A DNA stretch of 63,851 nucleotides, the filler included, from an uncultured Methanoregulaceae archaeon (GTDB lineage: Archaea > Halobacteriota > Methanomicrobia > Methanomicrobiales > Methanospirillaceae), in assembly GCA_964530035.1 (NCBI GenBank). It is 4 parts of 4 records of this genome, joined end to end, with 100 filler letters (N's around TTAATTAATTAA, not from the genome) between each part and the next. Parts side by side here need not be neighbours in the genome. Positions count along the whole stretch, not along the records: positions 38,496 to 56,849 come from CAZGXZ010000032.1; positions 56,950 to 63,851 come from CAZGXZ010000142.1; 2 more parts are not named here. One strand, 5' to 3'. The notes under the pieces are model-generated. The model was not told the origin of the DNA, did not search any database, and was given only the letters and a program-made list of their open reading frames with translations. This document shows positions 53,121 through 63,626 of the stretch, piece after piece; within the stretch, counting starts at the first letter, position 1, and every line of letters starts with the position of its first letter. The position numbers and the translations under genes are program-made.

Positions 53121-54023
53121 TTACCCCTTTTTCTCCCCCGTCCTTTTTTTCCGGTGCACCAGGCGTCCCACGGCAGGAAGGTTCTGCTCCAGGTGGACCC
53201 TGATGCCCGGTCGCACATACGGGAGGTACCGGGTCAGGACGGCACTTCCCGAGAGGATATGCCCTGCAGGCCCGCTTTCCTGTCCAATCACCAGGTTTCT
53301 CCGTCTGCGGAGCTCCTCGAGAAACTCCCCGGGAGTCCCGGCACGGGCACAGGTCACCACATGACCAAGGTCCCGGACCATGTGTGCGTCAGACCCCCCG
53401 GTCATCACCAGGTGGTGACGACGTGCATACATAACCGCCCGTTCGTTCAGCCTCCTGGAGAGGACCCCGGATATGACCTCGAGGCCGTCGATCTTTCTGC
53501 ACGTGCCGTCTGATATCGCGCCGTTTTCAACGCATTTCAGGATCCCACGCGGCAGGATTGAGTACCCATAGGGGTGGGCAGCGACGACAAGGCCGCCCGA
53601 CTCATCTGCCGAATCGAGGACCTCCTCGGAGGTGAGGGAAACCGCCATGTAAGGGCAGTCACGGACTTTCTCACAGACCGAGCGGGAGAACCAATCCTCG
53701 AGTCCGGAAAAGCGTTCGAAGTACAGGAGGATATGGGGTCCGTCGGACGCCGAGACCTCCACCCCGGGAATCACAACACCACCTCCGCCTGATCCTGCAA
53801 CAGCCTCCCTGACCCCGGAGATGCAGTTATGGTCGGTGATCGCGACCGCGAGGCCGGTCCTTGCATGGGATGCAAGGATGTCCCTGACCGTGATGAACCC
53901 GTCGGAGTGCGTGGTGTGGACGTGCATGTCCACGGGCATCAACCCCTCGCGGACCAGGAGGGCCGGGTCAGGAGACTGGAAACGGACGCAGGGTCCTCCC
54001 GGGGCTTCATCGCGGATCATCAT
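53121..54023 (-). CDS. PHP-domain metallophosphoesterase
   Basis: Motifs DMHVHTTHSDG, AITDHN, GVEVS, AHPY, GGSDAH. Confidence 0.92.
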   Translation of the reverse strand: MMIRDEAPGGPCVRFQSPDPALLVREGLMPVDMHVHTTHSDGFITVRDILASHARTGLAVAITDHNCISGVREAVAGSGGGGVVIPGVEVSASDGPHILLYFERFSGLEDWFSRSVCEKVRDCPYMAVSLTSEEVLDSADESGGLVVAAHPYGYSILPRGILKCVENGAISDGTCRKIDGLEVISGVLSRRLNERAVMYARRHHLVMTGGSDAHMVRDLGHVVTCARAGTPGEFLEELRRRRNLVIGQESGPAGHILSGSAVLTRYLPYVRPGIRVHLEQNLPAVGRLVHRKKRTGEKKG

Positions 54024-54165
54024 ATCGGTGCTCCCCGGCCGGACCTGATCGGTTGGCAGCCGGAATGAAAAGACATCTTCGTTTCCGGTTTAAAAGAACT
54101 CTTTGAAAGACCACTGTCCGGTATGGCAATACGCTCACCTTGAGCAGCTACCCCGGGCATCCCAA

Positions 54166-54774
54166 TCAGGTATCCCCGGGGGTTTTCCTGAAAAAGAGCC
54201 CGATGATGATGAAGGGCAGCAGGTACAGGAGGTCGATTTCAGTGAAACCTGCAAGGACCAGGACGATGCCAAGGACTGCCACGCAGAGCGGCACGAGGTA
54301 TTTTTTTGCGAGGAATGCAGCCTCTTCCTGGTCCAGGCCTTCTACCAGGAGAGCCGGTTGGGACCGTGCATGATGCCAGGCCACGGTCAGCAGGACTGCA
54401 AGGAAGAGATAGTTGACCTGGTACATGAGATTTGCCGACGGGATCGTTTCGCTCTGGGCAGCCAGGCTCTGGGTGAAGGGAACGAAGACAACGATCATGA
54501 GGGAGAGGAGGTGCAGGTAGATGAACCGGTTGTCAACTGATTTCATCCGGTGAAAGACCTGGAAATAAAAAAGCCAGAACATGCCGAGGATGAGGAATGC
54601 CCCGATAAAATCGGCGATGGAGAGGGAGGTATCGAAGAGGAAAAACGAGAGGGCCGTGTAGTCAGTTATCGTCCCTGGCGGCGGCACCTGGATGTTCCTG
54701 ACCATGAGGGTCATCGTGAAGGCATAGATGCCGTTCGTGATGCGTTCGAGGTTGACCTTGCTGATGGGCTCCAT
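54166..54774 (-). CDS. TMEM175 family K+ channel, divergent paralog
   Basis: ERITNGIYAFTMTLMV, AFLILGMFW, IVVFVPFT; 6 TM helices. Confidence 0.85.
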   Translation of the reverse strand: MEPISKVNLERITNGIYAFTMTLMVRNIQVPPPGTITDYTALSFFLFDTSLSIADFIGAFLILGMFWLFYFQVFHRMKSVDNRFIYLHLLSLMIVVFVPFTQSLAAQSETIPSANLMYQVNYLFLAVLLTVAWHHARSQPALLVEGLDQEEAAFLAKKYLVPLCVAVLGIVLVLAGFTEIDLLYLLPFIIIGLFFRKTPGDT

Positions 54775-54983
54775 GGTCTGGTGGTTCCTTCCCTTTCGTT
54801 ACGTGTGCAGTCCTCCGTATTGGTCGTTTTGGACCTGGCCGGGAACCGGTGTGGAGGGGAATGGGGCGGTCTTCCCGTCACCCGGGGCCGGTGAGTGAAC
54901 TGACGGAGAGAATAAGCCCGAGTTGAATAGAACAGAACGAAAAAATGGGATTAATGGGTCAGGAGACGTCCCTGGATCTTAGT

Positions 54984-55613
54984 TCACCCGAACTTTTTGT
55001 GCACGATGAGATCAACGACCGGAAGTGCCAGGTAGATCATCGTGCTCGAGGTGTTGCCACTGAGAGCGATGAGGATCCCGGCGACCGAAACACCGGGGAC
55101 GAGGAGGTTATGGACCAGGAGGCTCCTGATGCTTTGCAGGGTCATCGAAGGAGCGACCAGGCGGTGGTGACCCGTGGAGTAGAAGACCTGGAAGAACATC
55201 CCCATCCCGATGGCGAAGAGGTTCGCTTCGAAGACAACGGACCCGAGGGGGACTCTTGGAAAATCACCTGAAAACGAGGTTGAAAAGGGGAGAAGGGCCA
55301 CAAACATGAGAGTTGCGAGGTTCAACCAGACATAGACCTTGTCGATCCGTTTCACGGGGTGCAGCATGAGGTGATGGCCGATCCAGAACGCCCCGAGGAT
55401 CAGGAATGCAAGGATGTAATGAAAGAAATCGGACTGGAGTGAGCCAATGAGGTCCACCGCGAACTCGTTTGTCTGGATGATGCGGGACTTGTCCGGCAGG
55501 GCCAGGCCGACGACAAGGAGCGTCATCGCGAATGCGAATATGCCGTCGGAAAGGCTTTCAAGACGTCCCTTCGTCAGGGCAATGAATTCTTCATCCTCTT
55601 TCTGCTCAGGCAT
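54984..55613 (-). CDS. TMEM175 family K+ channel
   Basis: RLESLSDGIFAFAMTLLV, FWIGHH, WLN, LLPFST. Confidence 0.92.
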   Translation of the reverse strand: MPEQKEDEEFIALTKGRLESLSDGIFAFAMTLLVVGLALPDKSRIIQTNEFAVDLIGSLQSDFFHYILAFLILGAFWIGHHLMLHPVKRIDKVYVWLNLATLMFVALLPFSTSFSGDFPRVPLGSVVFEANLFAIGMGMFFQVFYSTGHHRLVAPSMTLQSIRSLLVHNLLVPGVSVAGILIALSGNTSSTMIYLALPVVDLIVHKKFG

Positions 55614-55760
55614 GATCTGACCAGAACCTTTGGAACGGGAGGGATTTATTCTTTTGGAGCCCATACCCGTTATTTTTGCCTTCTGTCGGGCGAGGGATCT
55701 GACGGGGCCCGTTCAGCAAGGTTCCCGGCAGGCCCACACGGGTGAGAAAACCTTCCTTTT

Positions 55761-55853
55761 GCTCTGTTGGATCCATTGATTGGAATTCCCGCTCATGGAG
55801 CTTTCTTATTTTGAGGTGAATAAAATTGAGGAGGTAAAGGATTCCAACAGAGC
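55761..55853. mobile_element. 93-bp MITE-like element, copy 2
   Basis: Perfect inverted repeat TTTTGCTCTGTTGGA...TCCAACAGAGCAAAA (including flanks 55757-55857); internal ATGGAG and TGAATAAAATTGAGGA. Confidence 0.7.
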
Positions 55854-56025
55854 AAAAAATCTTAATTTAACAACTAATTCTTCCCTGCCTGATATAATTG
55901 CCAGGTAATCTGCATGATTGAAGAAACGGGATATGACATTTTTCAACCCTTTCAGTATGTTTCCAGACCTTGCCGAATACCCGTCGTCACCTCCCGCGAA
56001 ACCCGAGAAAAATCAACCCATCAGT

Positions 56026-56244
56026 GGGGGCTTCACCCCCACACCCCCGAAAAGATACACCTCCGCCCCCGAAGGGCGCCCCGGCGGCAGTCTCACGGCC
56101 TTTCATGAAGATTTCGAACCAGAAAAATCTTGCTGAAATGAAAAAACGAGGGAATAATCAAACAGAAAACAACGGGCATCAGGAAACCGCTTACGGCTTG
56201 CCATGCCTATCGTATGCAGGGGGTTTGGGGGGCGGCAGCCCCCC
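56026..56244. repeat. About 220-bp unit bounded by GC-rich imperfect inverted repeats
   Basis: Left end GGGGGCTTCACCCCCACACCCCC..GATA is the near reverse complement of right end TATC..GGGGGTTTGGGGGGCGGCAGCCCCCC; each end also folds as a short hairpin. Confidence 0.75.
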
Positions 56245-56294
56245 TGTCATAATCCCTCTAATCCACTGCCTGTTCGAGTTTAAAACCAAAAATC

Positions 56295-56389
56295 GGCTCT
56301 GTTCTATTGTATGACCGGAGGTACCGATGATGGAGATCTCTCATAAAGGGTTGAATAAAATTGAGGATGTAAAAGGTTTCAATAAAGCC
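56295..56389. mobile_element. 95-bp MITE-like element, copy 3
   Basis: GGCTCTGTT...GATGGAGAT...TGAATAAAATTGAGGA...AATAAAGCC. Confidence 0.65.
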
Positions 56390-56440
56390 CTTCCTGCGAA
56401 AAAAGGTACGGGGCCACCAGAATTCCCTCGTATTCCTCCA

Positions 56441-56849
56441 TCAGGTGATGATCAGCCCGAAGATAACCCCGGCAATGCCTGCTGCGGTCGCAATCGCCAT
56501 GGTCTCGAGCACTGTCCTGAACAGCGGCCGGTTCCCGAGATGGGACCGTGCGACCCCGAGAAGGAACAAAAGGACCGCGGTTCCTGCGATACAGGCGTAC
56601 TTCGCCTGGTCGACAGGCAGGAAGGCAAAAGGTATAACCGGGGTCATGGCCGCCACGAAATCTGCGACACCCATCCAGCAGGCATGGATCCAGGGCGGGG
56701 CCTTCTGGGCCGCCGAGACCTCTTCGGCTGCCATGGTGTCCTCGCACCTGAGAATGGTCATGGGTTCCTTCTCGAGGTCGTTCCTGATCGCCTCGAGGCT
56801 TGCCTGGCTGAACCCTGCACCCTGGAAGTCGCAGATCATCTTCGTCACA
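56441..56849 (-). CDS. VIT1/CCC1 family transporter, 3' part (5' end in gap)
   Basis: A..P.IPF motif, LFLLGVARS, terminal TM helix AGIAGVIFG. Confidence 0.8.
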
Positions 56850-56949
56850 NNNNNNNNNNNNNNNNNNNNNNNNNNNNNNNNNNNNNNNNNNNNTTAATTA
56901 ATTAANNNNNNNNNNNNNNNNNNNNNNNNNNNNNNNNNNNNNNNNNNNN
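56850..56949. other. Assembly gap/contig linker
   Basis: 100-nt N run with embedded TTAATTAATTAA. Confidence 0.98.
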
Positions 56950-58013
56950 AATTACCTTTTCATACTATTAATGAACATCGATTTTGTTTTCATACGAATC
57001 ACGGTTTGAGTCCTGACCAGGAGATTAATCACGATAGAGCTATAATGAAACCATAATTGATAGAAAGCCGATAGGATACCATCAATTTACTGTTTATTTC
57101 ATTTCTATACTAGTTGTTTAGGACAGTACCAGGCTAAGCAGTAAGAATACCCAATACTTCAGGAAAGAAAAAAGCCGGCAAAGCAAAACCTTTCACTTTT
57201 GGACAAAGTTGCAAAAGGATTCTCAGAATTACCCTTGATATCTGACCTATATTTTTTAAGGAGCTAAATACCTTCAAGACAGGCCTAAAGTCACACTTTC
57301 GGACATATTGCCGGTTTTAACCGGATCATCCGCATGCCATGAATCTCCAGATAGCTGCTGTATTAATGGAATGTATCGTGATGTTTCAAGGGACCTGGAT
57401 CAGGATAATTAACCCCAGGAGGAAAGAATGACCTGCCTGGAGTTCCACTGGACGGTTAAAAATCGTAGCGGGTAGCTTTGCTGTAGTCCAGTATAATCGC
57501 AAATAAAGGACAAAATCTAGATTTGACCTCAATATACGCTTTCCCAACATCCGGTTGCCAGGCCCTGGCAGTTCCAGTGGAAATTAAGGGGTGGGGGACC
57601 ACCATGGTTCAGCACGCAGAAAAAAAGCGATGACTGGTGAGAGATGAGGTATACCCCCCGTACTACGGATGCATTGTTTGTACCTGATACTCCTGAACTC
57701 TGTCAGATGGCTGATATGGCATTTTTCTGGGGCACATGAAACAAGGGAATGACTTGTTATGGCTCTGGTATCTTACTCAAGCTACGGCAGCCTACCAAAG
57801 AATTCCTTTTCACAGGAGCAGAAATTTTTTCATCGTTTGGAAGGAATCCGGGAGATACCCAGAACGATCATTGCCAGCAGCCTGAAAGGGTATCCGTGGC
57901 CGGGACTGGAGCCTGTTCACTGGGGTGCAGGAGTAGCACACAACGGGAAATTGGTAGAAAAAATCCGATGGTAGTATCCCTCTTGACATCCAACCCGTGC
58001 AGGGAGTACTGAA

Positions 58014-58502
58014 ATGGGGACTGATCATATACGCAGTATTGAGATATCCGCCGCAGTCATCACGATATCTTCAACGCGGACACGGGAAACTGACCTGAGC
58101 GGGAAGGCCATTATCGATCTTCTGTCACAGGCCTCTATCCCGGTGACCCATTACGCCATTGTTCCGGACCGTGTGGAAGAGATTCAGAATGAGGTGAAAA
58201 AAGCCCTTCCCCTTGCCGGATGCCTTATATTGGATGGAGGGACCGGACTGACTCATGATGACTGCACGATAGAAGCGGTAACCCCCCTTCTTGACAAGGT
58301 CATCGATGGTTTCGGGGAGCTCTTCCGTTGGAAGAGTTTCAGCGAGATCGGCACATCAGCAATGCTTTCCCGGGCAATTGCAGGTACAATCGATGGTCAT
58401 GCCATTTTTTGCATCCCTGGTTCCAAGGCGGCTGTAACCCTTGCAGTACAGACGCTGATAATACCCGAGATCAGGCATATTCTTAGTCATGCCATGAAAT
58501 AA
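58014..58502 (+). CDS. moaB: Molybdenum cofactor biosynthesis protein MoaB/Mog
   Basis: Motifs DLSG, GGTGLTHDDCTIEA, GFGELFR, LSRA, IPGS. Confidence 0.93.
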   Translation: MGTDHIRSIEISAAVITISSTRTRETDLSGKAIIDLLSQASIPVTHYAIVPDRVEEIQNEVKKALPLAGCLILDGGTGLTHDDCTIEAVTPLLDKVIDGFGELFRWKSFSEIGTSAMLSRAIAGTIDGHAIFCIPGSKAAVTLAVQTLIIPEIRHILSHAMK

Positions 58503-58786
58503 CCCGGAAAACCTCGAGAAGATCGGTTGCAGGGAAAAACCGGTGAGAAACCATATGTGCAGAAGCAGGCAGGAGGCCGGAATGGGATGACCCGGGAAAG
58601 AGGTCTTGGATGATGGGTGAACTCTCTTTTTGGAAAACGAGGTATTGAACATGTCTCAAGGTTGGAGGGATACACAGACACTCCGAGCCGGGATAATGAG
58701 CTGGACGTAGTATGACAATCCCTCTGCCATGGATCTTCCGGAATGAGAACTCTGATATGCTTTTTCCCGGATACGGTGCGCCATCT

Positions 58787-59320
58787 CTAACGGTTTACCG
58801 CCAGAAGCGCCACACGCTCAAGAACGAGGTCAGTGAGCCTGCCGGTTCCTGCCACCGAAAGCTCAAGGTCGGAAATATGAAAAATTTTTTGAAGCAAGGC
58901 CTGTTTTTCCGGAGGGATACCCTCCTCCTCTGCAGCTGATCCCGGTTGAATCCAGGAGAACAGTTCCTCCCAGATGCCTGATTGTGTTGGCCATATGCCT
59001 ATGTATACCCGGTTCTCTCCAGGATGAAGTCCAAAACGCACAGCCTCCTGGCACTGGCGGGAGGCCGAGGCATAGAGGAGGGCTTCCATCCCAAACGAGT
59101 TGGCAATTGCCTCACCCGAAGACCATGAACGGATTGCATGATACATGGCACTATGAACATGGGGCTCCCCTGCCATCAGGTCGGCGTTGAAGCAGACGAT
59201 TTCACAATGGTACTTCGTACCCGTTTCACGAAGCCGCAGGAGCACCGCCCCCAGGTCCCTGATACAAAGGCGGGCAGGCCTGATCTCATATAATAGATTG
59301 TCACCGGAAATTACTGTCAT
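58787..59320 (-). CDS. cgi121: KEOPS complex subunit Cgi121
   Basis: Motifs MEALLYASASRQC, LVLERVALL; adjacent to hel308. Confidence 0.9.
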   Translation of the reverse strand: MTVISGDNLLYEIRPARLCIRDLGAVLLRLRETGTKYHCEIVCFNADLMAGEPHVHSAMYHAIRSWSSGEAIANSFGMEALLYASASRQCQEAVRFGLHPGENRVYIGIWPTQSGIWEELFSWIQPGSAAEEEGIPPEKQALLQKIFHISDLELSVAGTGRLTDLVLERVALLAVNR

Positions 59321-59457
59321 CCAGCCCTCACGATCCTCCGTCCTGTCTCCCCTCCGGAAAATTCACGGTTCCAGAGCTCTTCAAAAAGGAGATTGGATGA
59401 TATCCTGGAAAACAGGATACTTTCACTCCGGTCCGTTCGTGAGAGATCCACGGGATA

Positions 59458-62007
59458 TCAGCTCCCTGAACCACACTGCTGTTCGTCACTAAATGCAAAG
59501 ATATCGCGCTGGCCTCCATCCACTCCTTTTTTGCCGCTCACCTGATGATTTTTCACCTCATTACCTCCATCAGGTCTTTTTTCCTGACGCTCCTCAGGAT
59601 GCAGCTTTTGGGAAGTGAGAAGGGAAAAAACAGATCGTGCAGTCTTTCTCCCAATAATTTCCGCCACCCGGTCCTCCCCAGCGGATTTAAGCTCTGCAAT
59701 TGTCCGGATATTCGATGACCTCAGTGCAAGTTCCTTTTTTGGCCCTATCCCGGGTATTGATCGTAATTGCATCATTGGACCGGGACTGCCTGAAGGGGAA
59801 ATCCGCTGTGCAGGAAGGACATGACCCTGTTCCTCCTTCCCAGGTGTATACCCCTGGGCTGGCTTTCCGCTTTTCCCGAGGCTGGATGGTGTGATTTCTG
59901 GTAAATGACCCCCTTCAGGTCCAGGGAGGCCTGAACCGTCCCTGAACAGAAGCTGTGCAACACCCCGGCCAAGAATTGAGGATATACGGTCGAGACCAGC
60001 TGATCTTACCCGCTCAGGGGTGGTGATGCCATTGTTATACAGTCTCCGTGCCCGGACCCTGCCGATGTTCCGGAGCCGGATGAGAGGCAACAACTCCCTG
60101 CGGATGCCATTTTTAACACAGATTTCGCACTCTGAGACCGGTCCGGAAAATTCAGGCCTGAATATCCTTGCAAGTCTTCCGGTTGCGTGCAGGAGCCAGG
60201 TCACCCCGTCGACGGTCGAAAAGATATCACCGGGACTGACGCCGTACCGTTCGCAGAGTGTCTGCTCCGGGACCTCGTGTTCCCAGTCCAGAAGGAGCAT
60301 CGAGGTCTTTACAGCACGGAAATACGCTTCATCATCCCTGGATGGGGGGGGTATCCAGAGATCCTCCCCCTGCGAATTGATGTACCTGACGAGGTATTCC
60401 AGGTCCCGTTGCCTGATATAGAGGGACATCATGTCGGGTGTTGAACAGAGGAGGTGGAGGAGAGACTCATCTGAGAACGACCTGGCGTCCGGCAGGGTGT
60501 CAGCAATCAGTTCCGCACTCCGCGGGTCCAGATAAAGCTGGGAGACGATGAACCCGAACTCGGTTGCCTTAAGGATACCCCCGGTTTCCGAGATCATACC
60601 AGACGTTTTCAGGTAGGCAGTCACGCCACCGAGAGCCCGCTCCAGAGCCGTTCCTGATGGGTTCTCGTAATGATAGAATGTCCTTTTCATGAAGCCGGCA
60701 AGCTCTTCACGCGTGTGTGCAAAGCCAGAGGCGATCAGCGAGAGGATATGGGCACAGAGCGCAGTTTCGTCCCGGCACTGCGAATGAATCTCTTCCGGGG
60801 GGGCGTCGATATACCACTCAAAAAGGGCCGGGACACTCGCCGCATCACGTGCGATAAGGACAGCCTCGCCATATGGGTCAAGGTGCGGCCTTCCCGCCCG
60901 TCCCGCCATCTGGTGATATTCCATAACCGGGATGGGGACCATCCCCTCTCCGCTTTCAAACCTGAGATAGTCTCGGATGATGACCCTGCGGGCCGGCAGG
61001 TTCAGACCCGCAGCCAGAGTGGGGGTTGCGGAGATTATCTTGATGTGACCGTTCCTGAACGCCTCCTCGATAATCGTACGCTGTTCCCGTCGCAGCCCTG
61101 CGTGGTGGAAGGAAACGCCGTTCCTGACGCAGTCGGACAGGACCTTGTCCATGTCGGTTTCAGCTGAAGCCTCAAGGGTGGCTGCATATTTCTCCAGTTC
61201 CGGGCTCTCCAGTTTCAGACCCTTGGCAGCCCGTTTGGCAAACCCCTCGGCATTTCTCCTGGACGAGACGAAAACGAGGCACTGGCCGCCTTCTGCGATG
61301 GTGTCAAGGCACAGGTTGAAATCATCGTTTCTTGTTACAGCCCTGACCTGACGCCGCCCTTCATGAAACTCAATTGTTCCATTATGGAAAACTCCCTGCC
61401 TGAGGTCGGTCGGCCTCCAGGAGCTCGTGACCAGCTCGGCACGGAGCCACCCTGCAAGTTTTCTCGGGTTGCCGATAGTAGCGGAAAGCGCGATTATCTG
61501 CAGGGAAGGGTTTGTTGAACGAAGCTTGGTAATGACCATCTCGAGCGTCACACCCCGGTGGTCTGAACCGATGAGGTGGACCTCGTCCACAATGAGGAGT
61601 GAGATCCGTGGCAGCCATGGTGCGCGGTTCCGCACGAGGGAGTCCACCTTTTCGCTTGTCGCGACAATAATGTCATTCCTGCCGAGGTACTCATCCCTGC
61701 GGTCAAAGTCTCCCGTGGCAATTCCCACGCCGGCTCCCTTATTTGAAAATTCAGCATGCTTTTCGGATGCCAGGGCGCGCAACGGGACAATATACAGACA
61801 CTTTCCTCCGAGAGCGATATGGTGGTGCATGGCCATCTCAGCCACAAGGGTCTTTCCACTCGCGGTCGGGATGGATACAAGGAGATTTTTCCCCTGGAGC
61901 AATCCCTTTTCGATGCATTCCGCCTGGGGGGGGTAGAGACTGCGAATCCCTTTTAATTCATAGTATGAAACGAGAGGAACAGGCAGGGACAGGTCCCCGA
62001 GGTTCAT
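59458..62007 (-). CDS. hel308: Ski2-like DNA helicase Hel308 with C-terminal extension
   Basis: Motifs [52 protein letters not shown]. Confidence 0.95.
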   Translation of the reverse strand: MNLGDLSLPVPLVSYYELKGIRSLYPPQAECIEKGLLQGKNLLVSIPTASGKTLVAEMAMHHHIALGGKCLYIVPLRALASEKHAEFSNKGAGVGIATGDFDRRDEYLGRNDIIVATSEKVDSLVRNRAPWLPRISLLIVDEVHLIGSDHRGVTLEMVITKLRSTNPSLQIIALSATIGNPRKLAGWLRAELVTSSWRPTDLRQGVFHNGTIEFHEGRRQVRAVTRNDDFNLCLDTIAEGGQCLVFVSSRRNAEGFAKRAAKGLKLESPELEKYAATLEASAETDMDKVLSDCVRNGVSFHHAGLRREQRTIIEEAFRNGHIKIISATPTLAAGLNLPARRVIIRDYLRFESGEGMVPIPVMEYHQMAGRAGRPHLDPYGEAVLIARDAASVPALFEWYIDAPPEEIHSQCRDETALCAHILSLIASGFAHTREELAGFMKRTFYHYENPSGTALERALGGVTAYLKTSGMISETGGILKATEFGFIVSQLYLDPRSAELIADTLPDARSFSDESLLHLLCSTPDMMSLYIRQRDLEYLVRYINSQGEDLWIPPPSRDDEAYFRAVKTSMLLLDWEHEVPEQTLCERYGVSPGDIFSTVDGVTWLLHATGRLARIFRPEFSGPVSECEICVKNGIRRELLPLIRLRNIGRVRARRLYNNGITTPERVRSAGLDRISSILGRGVAQLLFRDGSGLPGPEGGHLPEITPSSLGKSGKPAQGYTPGKEEQGHVLPAQRISPSGSPGPMMQLRSIPGIGPKKELALRSSNIRTIAELKSAGEDRVAEIIGRKTARSVFSLLTSQKLHPEERQEKRPDGGNEVKNHQVSGKKGVDGGQRDIFAFSDEQQCGSGS

Positions 62008-62273
62008 ATGACACCCCAGGGTCTGGCAATGGCACCAGGAAACGTGCAGCCTTCGAATTTCGAGGATACTCTCAGGAATGAGTTCATGAGAGGCGGGGGA
62101 AAGGTCTCGTAATCATGAATTAATATTTTTTGTGAGGGCGCCCTGATCATCAGGGCAGGTCACCGGAAAAACGTCGCAAGAATCGGTGAGTTGATGGTTT
62201 CCGGGTAGAACCGGCTCTATTCTCATGTTCATCAACCCTTTAACATCCACGTCCTATATGCCCCGCACAGCAC

Positions 62274-62813
62274 TCAGTAATAATAATCAATCATGTCCTC
62301 CTTGGCCTCACGTTTTTTCTTGTCAAGGAAGGAAAACACCGTTTCGTGGGGGACACCCGAGAGGAGCATATCGATGGCCGTCCTCGCCACCTTCAGCTTG
62401 TCTGCCAGACCGATGATGGCAATGGTCTTCCCGTATACCGAAATCAGGGTCTCAGTCATGTCTTCGATCTGCTCCCTGGCACGCCCATCCTTTCCGATGA
62501 TCCTGCCACGGAGCCTGTCAAGCTGCCGGGTGTTGTCAGCCATCTGGGAAAGGTCGATCTGATCGAATATCAGGTCCTCGTCATCAAGGAGGGTAAAGGC
62601 ACGCTCGGGTGAAAAACCCCGGTTAATGGCGTTAATAACGTCGATACCCCTGAGAAAGCCGTCGGTGTCCTCACCCTCGATGGTGACAAGCCCCTCGCGG
62701 CTGTCTATTGTGATCGTAGTCCTGGTCTTTTCCTCTACCGCCTTTTTCGTCGTTCCGCCCTTTCCGATAAGGACGCCGACCCTGTTACCGGCAATCTTTA
62801 ATTCCTGGATCAT
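62274..62813 (-). CDS. KH-domain RNA-processing protein (Dim2/Pno1)
   Basis: Motifs VGVLIGKGG, RGFSPE, GRIIGKDG. Confidence 0.93.
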   Translation of the reverse strand: MIQELKIAGNRVGVLIGKGGTTKKAVEEKTRTTITIDSREGLVTIEGEDTDGFLRGIDVINAINRGFSPERAFTLLDDEDLIFDQIDLSQMADNTRQLDRLRGRIIGKDGRAREQIEDMTETLISVYGKTIAIIGLADKLKVARTAIDMLLSGVPHETVFSFLDKKKREAKEDMIDYYY

Positions 62814-63622
62814 TGGTGGTCATTCCTCCCACTCGAGGTCTCAACCCCCCCAGGGTGCGGTGGGAGACCGCTGACCCGGGTGAAGAGGGTATCCGGGTCC
62901 TCCACGTCACATAACGGAGAGAAAAACCGGTTGATGTTCATGATATCCCGCTTGAGAAACTGGTATACACGCGGATGCGACCGTGTGACCGATTGTCCCA
63001 TATCGATGAAATAAGGGCGGTCTCCGTATAATATATTATATTCGGAGAGGTCCGCATGGACCAGGTCCGCCTCTTTGAATAGCACATCAATCATGCGGCA
63101 GACCTCCTCATAGGCACCGCCTGCATCATCAGGCACCGCCTGTCGTATCTGGGGAAAAGGGACACCATCCCTTCCCAGGAAGTCCATAATGAGGATGTTC
63201 CGGTCAAAAACGAGGGGTCGTGGGACCGCGAGCCCGGCATCGGCCGCCCGCATCAGGTTTGAAAACTCCTTCCTCGTCCAGGCGAAGACGAGGTCCTTCC
63301 GGGTTTTCTTCACCCTTGAAAAGCGTCGATCTCCCGAGATATAGGCACTCATCCCCTTGAAATCAGCGGACTGCACCCTGTATATCTTGACAGCCAGCTC
63401 GGTCTCCCCACGCTCGGCATAAAAGACATTGGCCTCCTTTCCCGTGCTGATCGAGCCACCAAGTGCACTGATCCATTTCCTGTGGGCGAGCCGGTAGAGC
63501 GAGAGGAGGGTGACCTCATCGAAGACATCTTCCCTGACCTTCACGTCATCCCTGTCTTTTACACGGATGCCATAGCTTTCTATGGTCCGGTCAAAATCCT
63601 CTTCCATTCTGTCAGCAGGCAT
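62810..63622 (-). CDS. rio1: RIO1 serine kinase
   Basis: Motifs ISTGKEANVF, AVKIY, KEFSNL, LVHADLSEYNIL, IDMGQ; start set at MPAD. Confidence 0.94.
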   Translation of the reverse strand: MPADRMEEDFDRTIESYGIRVKDRDDVKVREDVFDEVTLLSLYRLAHRKWISALGGSISTGKEANVFYAERGETELAVKIYRVQSADFKGMSAYISGDRRFSRVKKTRKDLVFAWTRKEFSNLMRAADAGLAVPRPLVFDRNILIMDFLGRDGVPFPQIRQAVPDDAGGAYEEVCRMIDVLFKEADLVHADLSEYNILYGDRPYFIDMGQSVTRSHPRVYQFLKRDIMNINRFFSPLCDVEDPDTLFTRVSGLPPHPGGVETSSGRNDHQ

Positions 63623-63626
63623 AGGT

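Noticed and set aside
55914..56314. Short ORFs with GGFTPTPP/GGLGGGSPP (also 4-279)
   Set aside because: Translations of the GC-rich repeat, open in several frames; likely spurious.
57759..57974. 71-aa ORF upstream of moaB
   Set aside because: No recognisable motif, and overlapping ORFs of similar size exist; unsupported.
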